Below, in pieces: positions 63,432-64,000 of a stretch of 64,000 bases of DNA. Made by a program: the position numbers and the translations under genes. How positions within the stretch are numbered: position 1 is the stretch's first letter; the number at the start of each line of letters is the position of its first letter. The notes beneath the pieces are model-generated. The model saw only the letters and a program-made list of their open reading frames with translations. It was not told where the DNA came from and ran no database searches. This stretch comes from Eremomyces bilateralis CBS 781.70 (Eukaryota), in assembly GCA_010015585.1 (NCBI GenBank), contig ML975162.1, one strand, 5' to 3'.

Positions 63432-64000
63432 AGTGACAATTCCCCTCAATTCAACCTTGCTCTTGAACCAACAGGTGGCTTCAGGGACTCGGGAGGAGCT
63501 TTGGAGATGTTATGGAAAAGGTATAGTTTCGGTGTCGCGAGGGGAAGACTGTATAGGATATTCACGTCCACCGATAGAATACTTTGGGATTAAGAAACCC
63601 TATCGACGTCGTGGAAGGAAGGAAATGAAAGGATGCTGGTGGAAACCAACATGTGTGATCTTAGGCGCCGAGTCTTGTCGAGTTTGAGACGTCATTAGGA
63701 AGTGGCTGTGCATAATCAGGGTCTATGGCGCATCTACTATTCAGCCTCAACAGCGACTTGATGCCTGGGTGCCTTTGCCAGCTGAAACAGAAGTTGATCA
63801 GGATTTCTCAATCTCCCCCTTTCAGCCCTAGGTCAAGCCATCATCGAAAATACAACACGTATAAAATCCAAAAGCATATAGTCCAGTCTGGGATCCAATA
63901 TATTGTCTGCATTGTTAGGTCGAGCTATTCGTTCGGAGCATCCCTATCCTGCAGTCTGTCGTGTATCTCAAATGAGTGTCTGGTACTACTCATGGATGCG

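Overview
This is eukaryotic, intron-rich DNA from a filamentous ascomycete (Pezizomycotina; the class cannot be determined from this window). It holds about 22 protein-coding loci and at least one pseudogene. The left part (1-27.6 kb) is housekeeping: 5' end of TMA16, FOX2, SMC6, an SLM1-like PH protein, HAUS1-like augmin, GRH1/GRASP, TSR3, DEP1, NOP12, an HSD10-like SDR, an SH3BGR-like protein and the bZIP factor FlbB. An accessory-looking block at 29.6-36 kb carries an F-box-like gene, TA-rich DNA, degenerate repeats, an orphan ORF and a pseudogene with C>T-type nonsense codons. ClpP and a JID1-like J protein follow. The best candidate for an undescribed system is the three-gene CAZyme block at 39.2-54.1 kb: a processive-type GT2, a membrane-anchored GH16 and a secreted 4xWSC AA5_1 copper radical oxidase, possibly a module that synthesizes, trims and oxidizes a glucan. 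The right end has a Kin4/KfsA kinase, a pentapeptide-repeat protein ending in PPPY, and a spartin-like protein. A recurring C-rich to G-rich strand-composition switch appears in many genes regardless of orientation. No tRNA, rRNA, CRISPR array or intact transposon was recognised. Family calls come from remembered motifs rather than database searches, and exon boundaries were read by eye.
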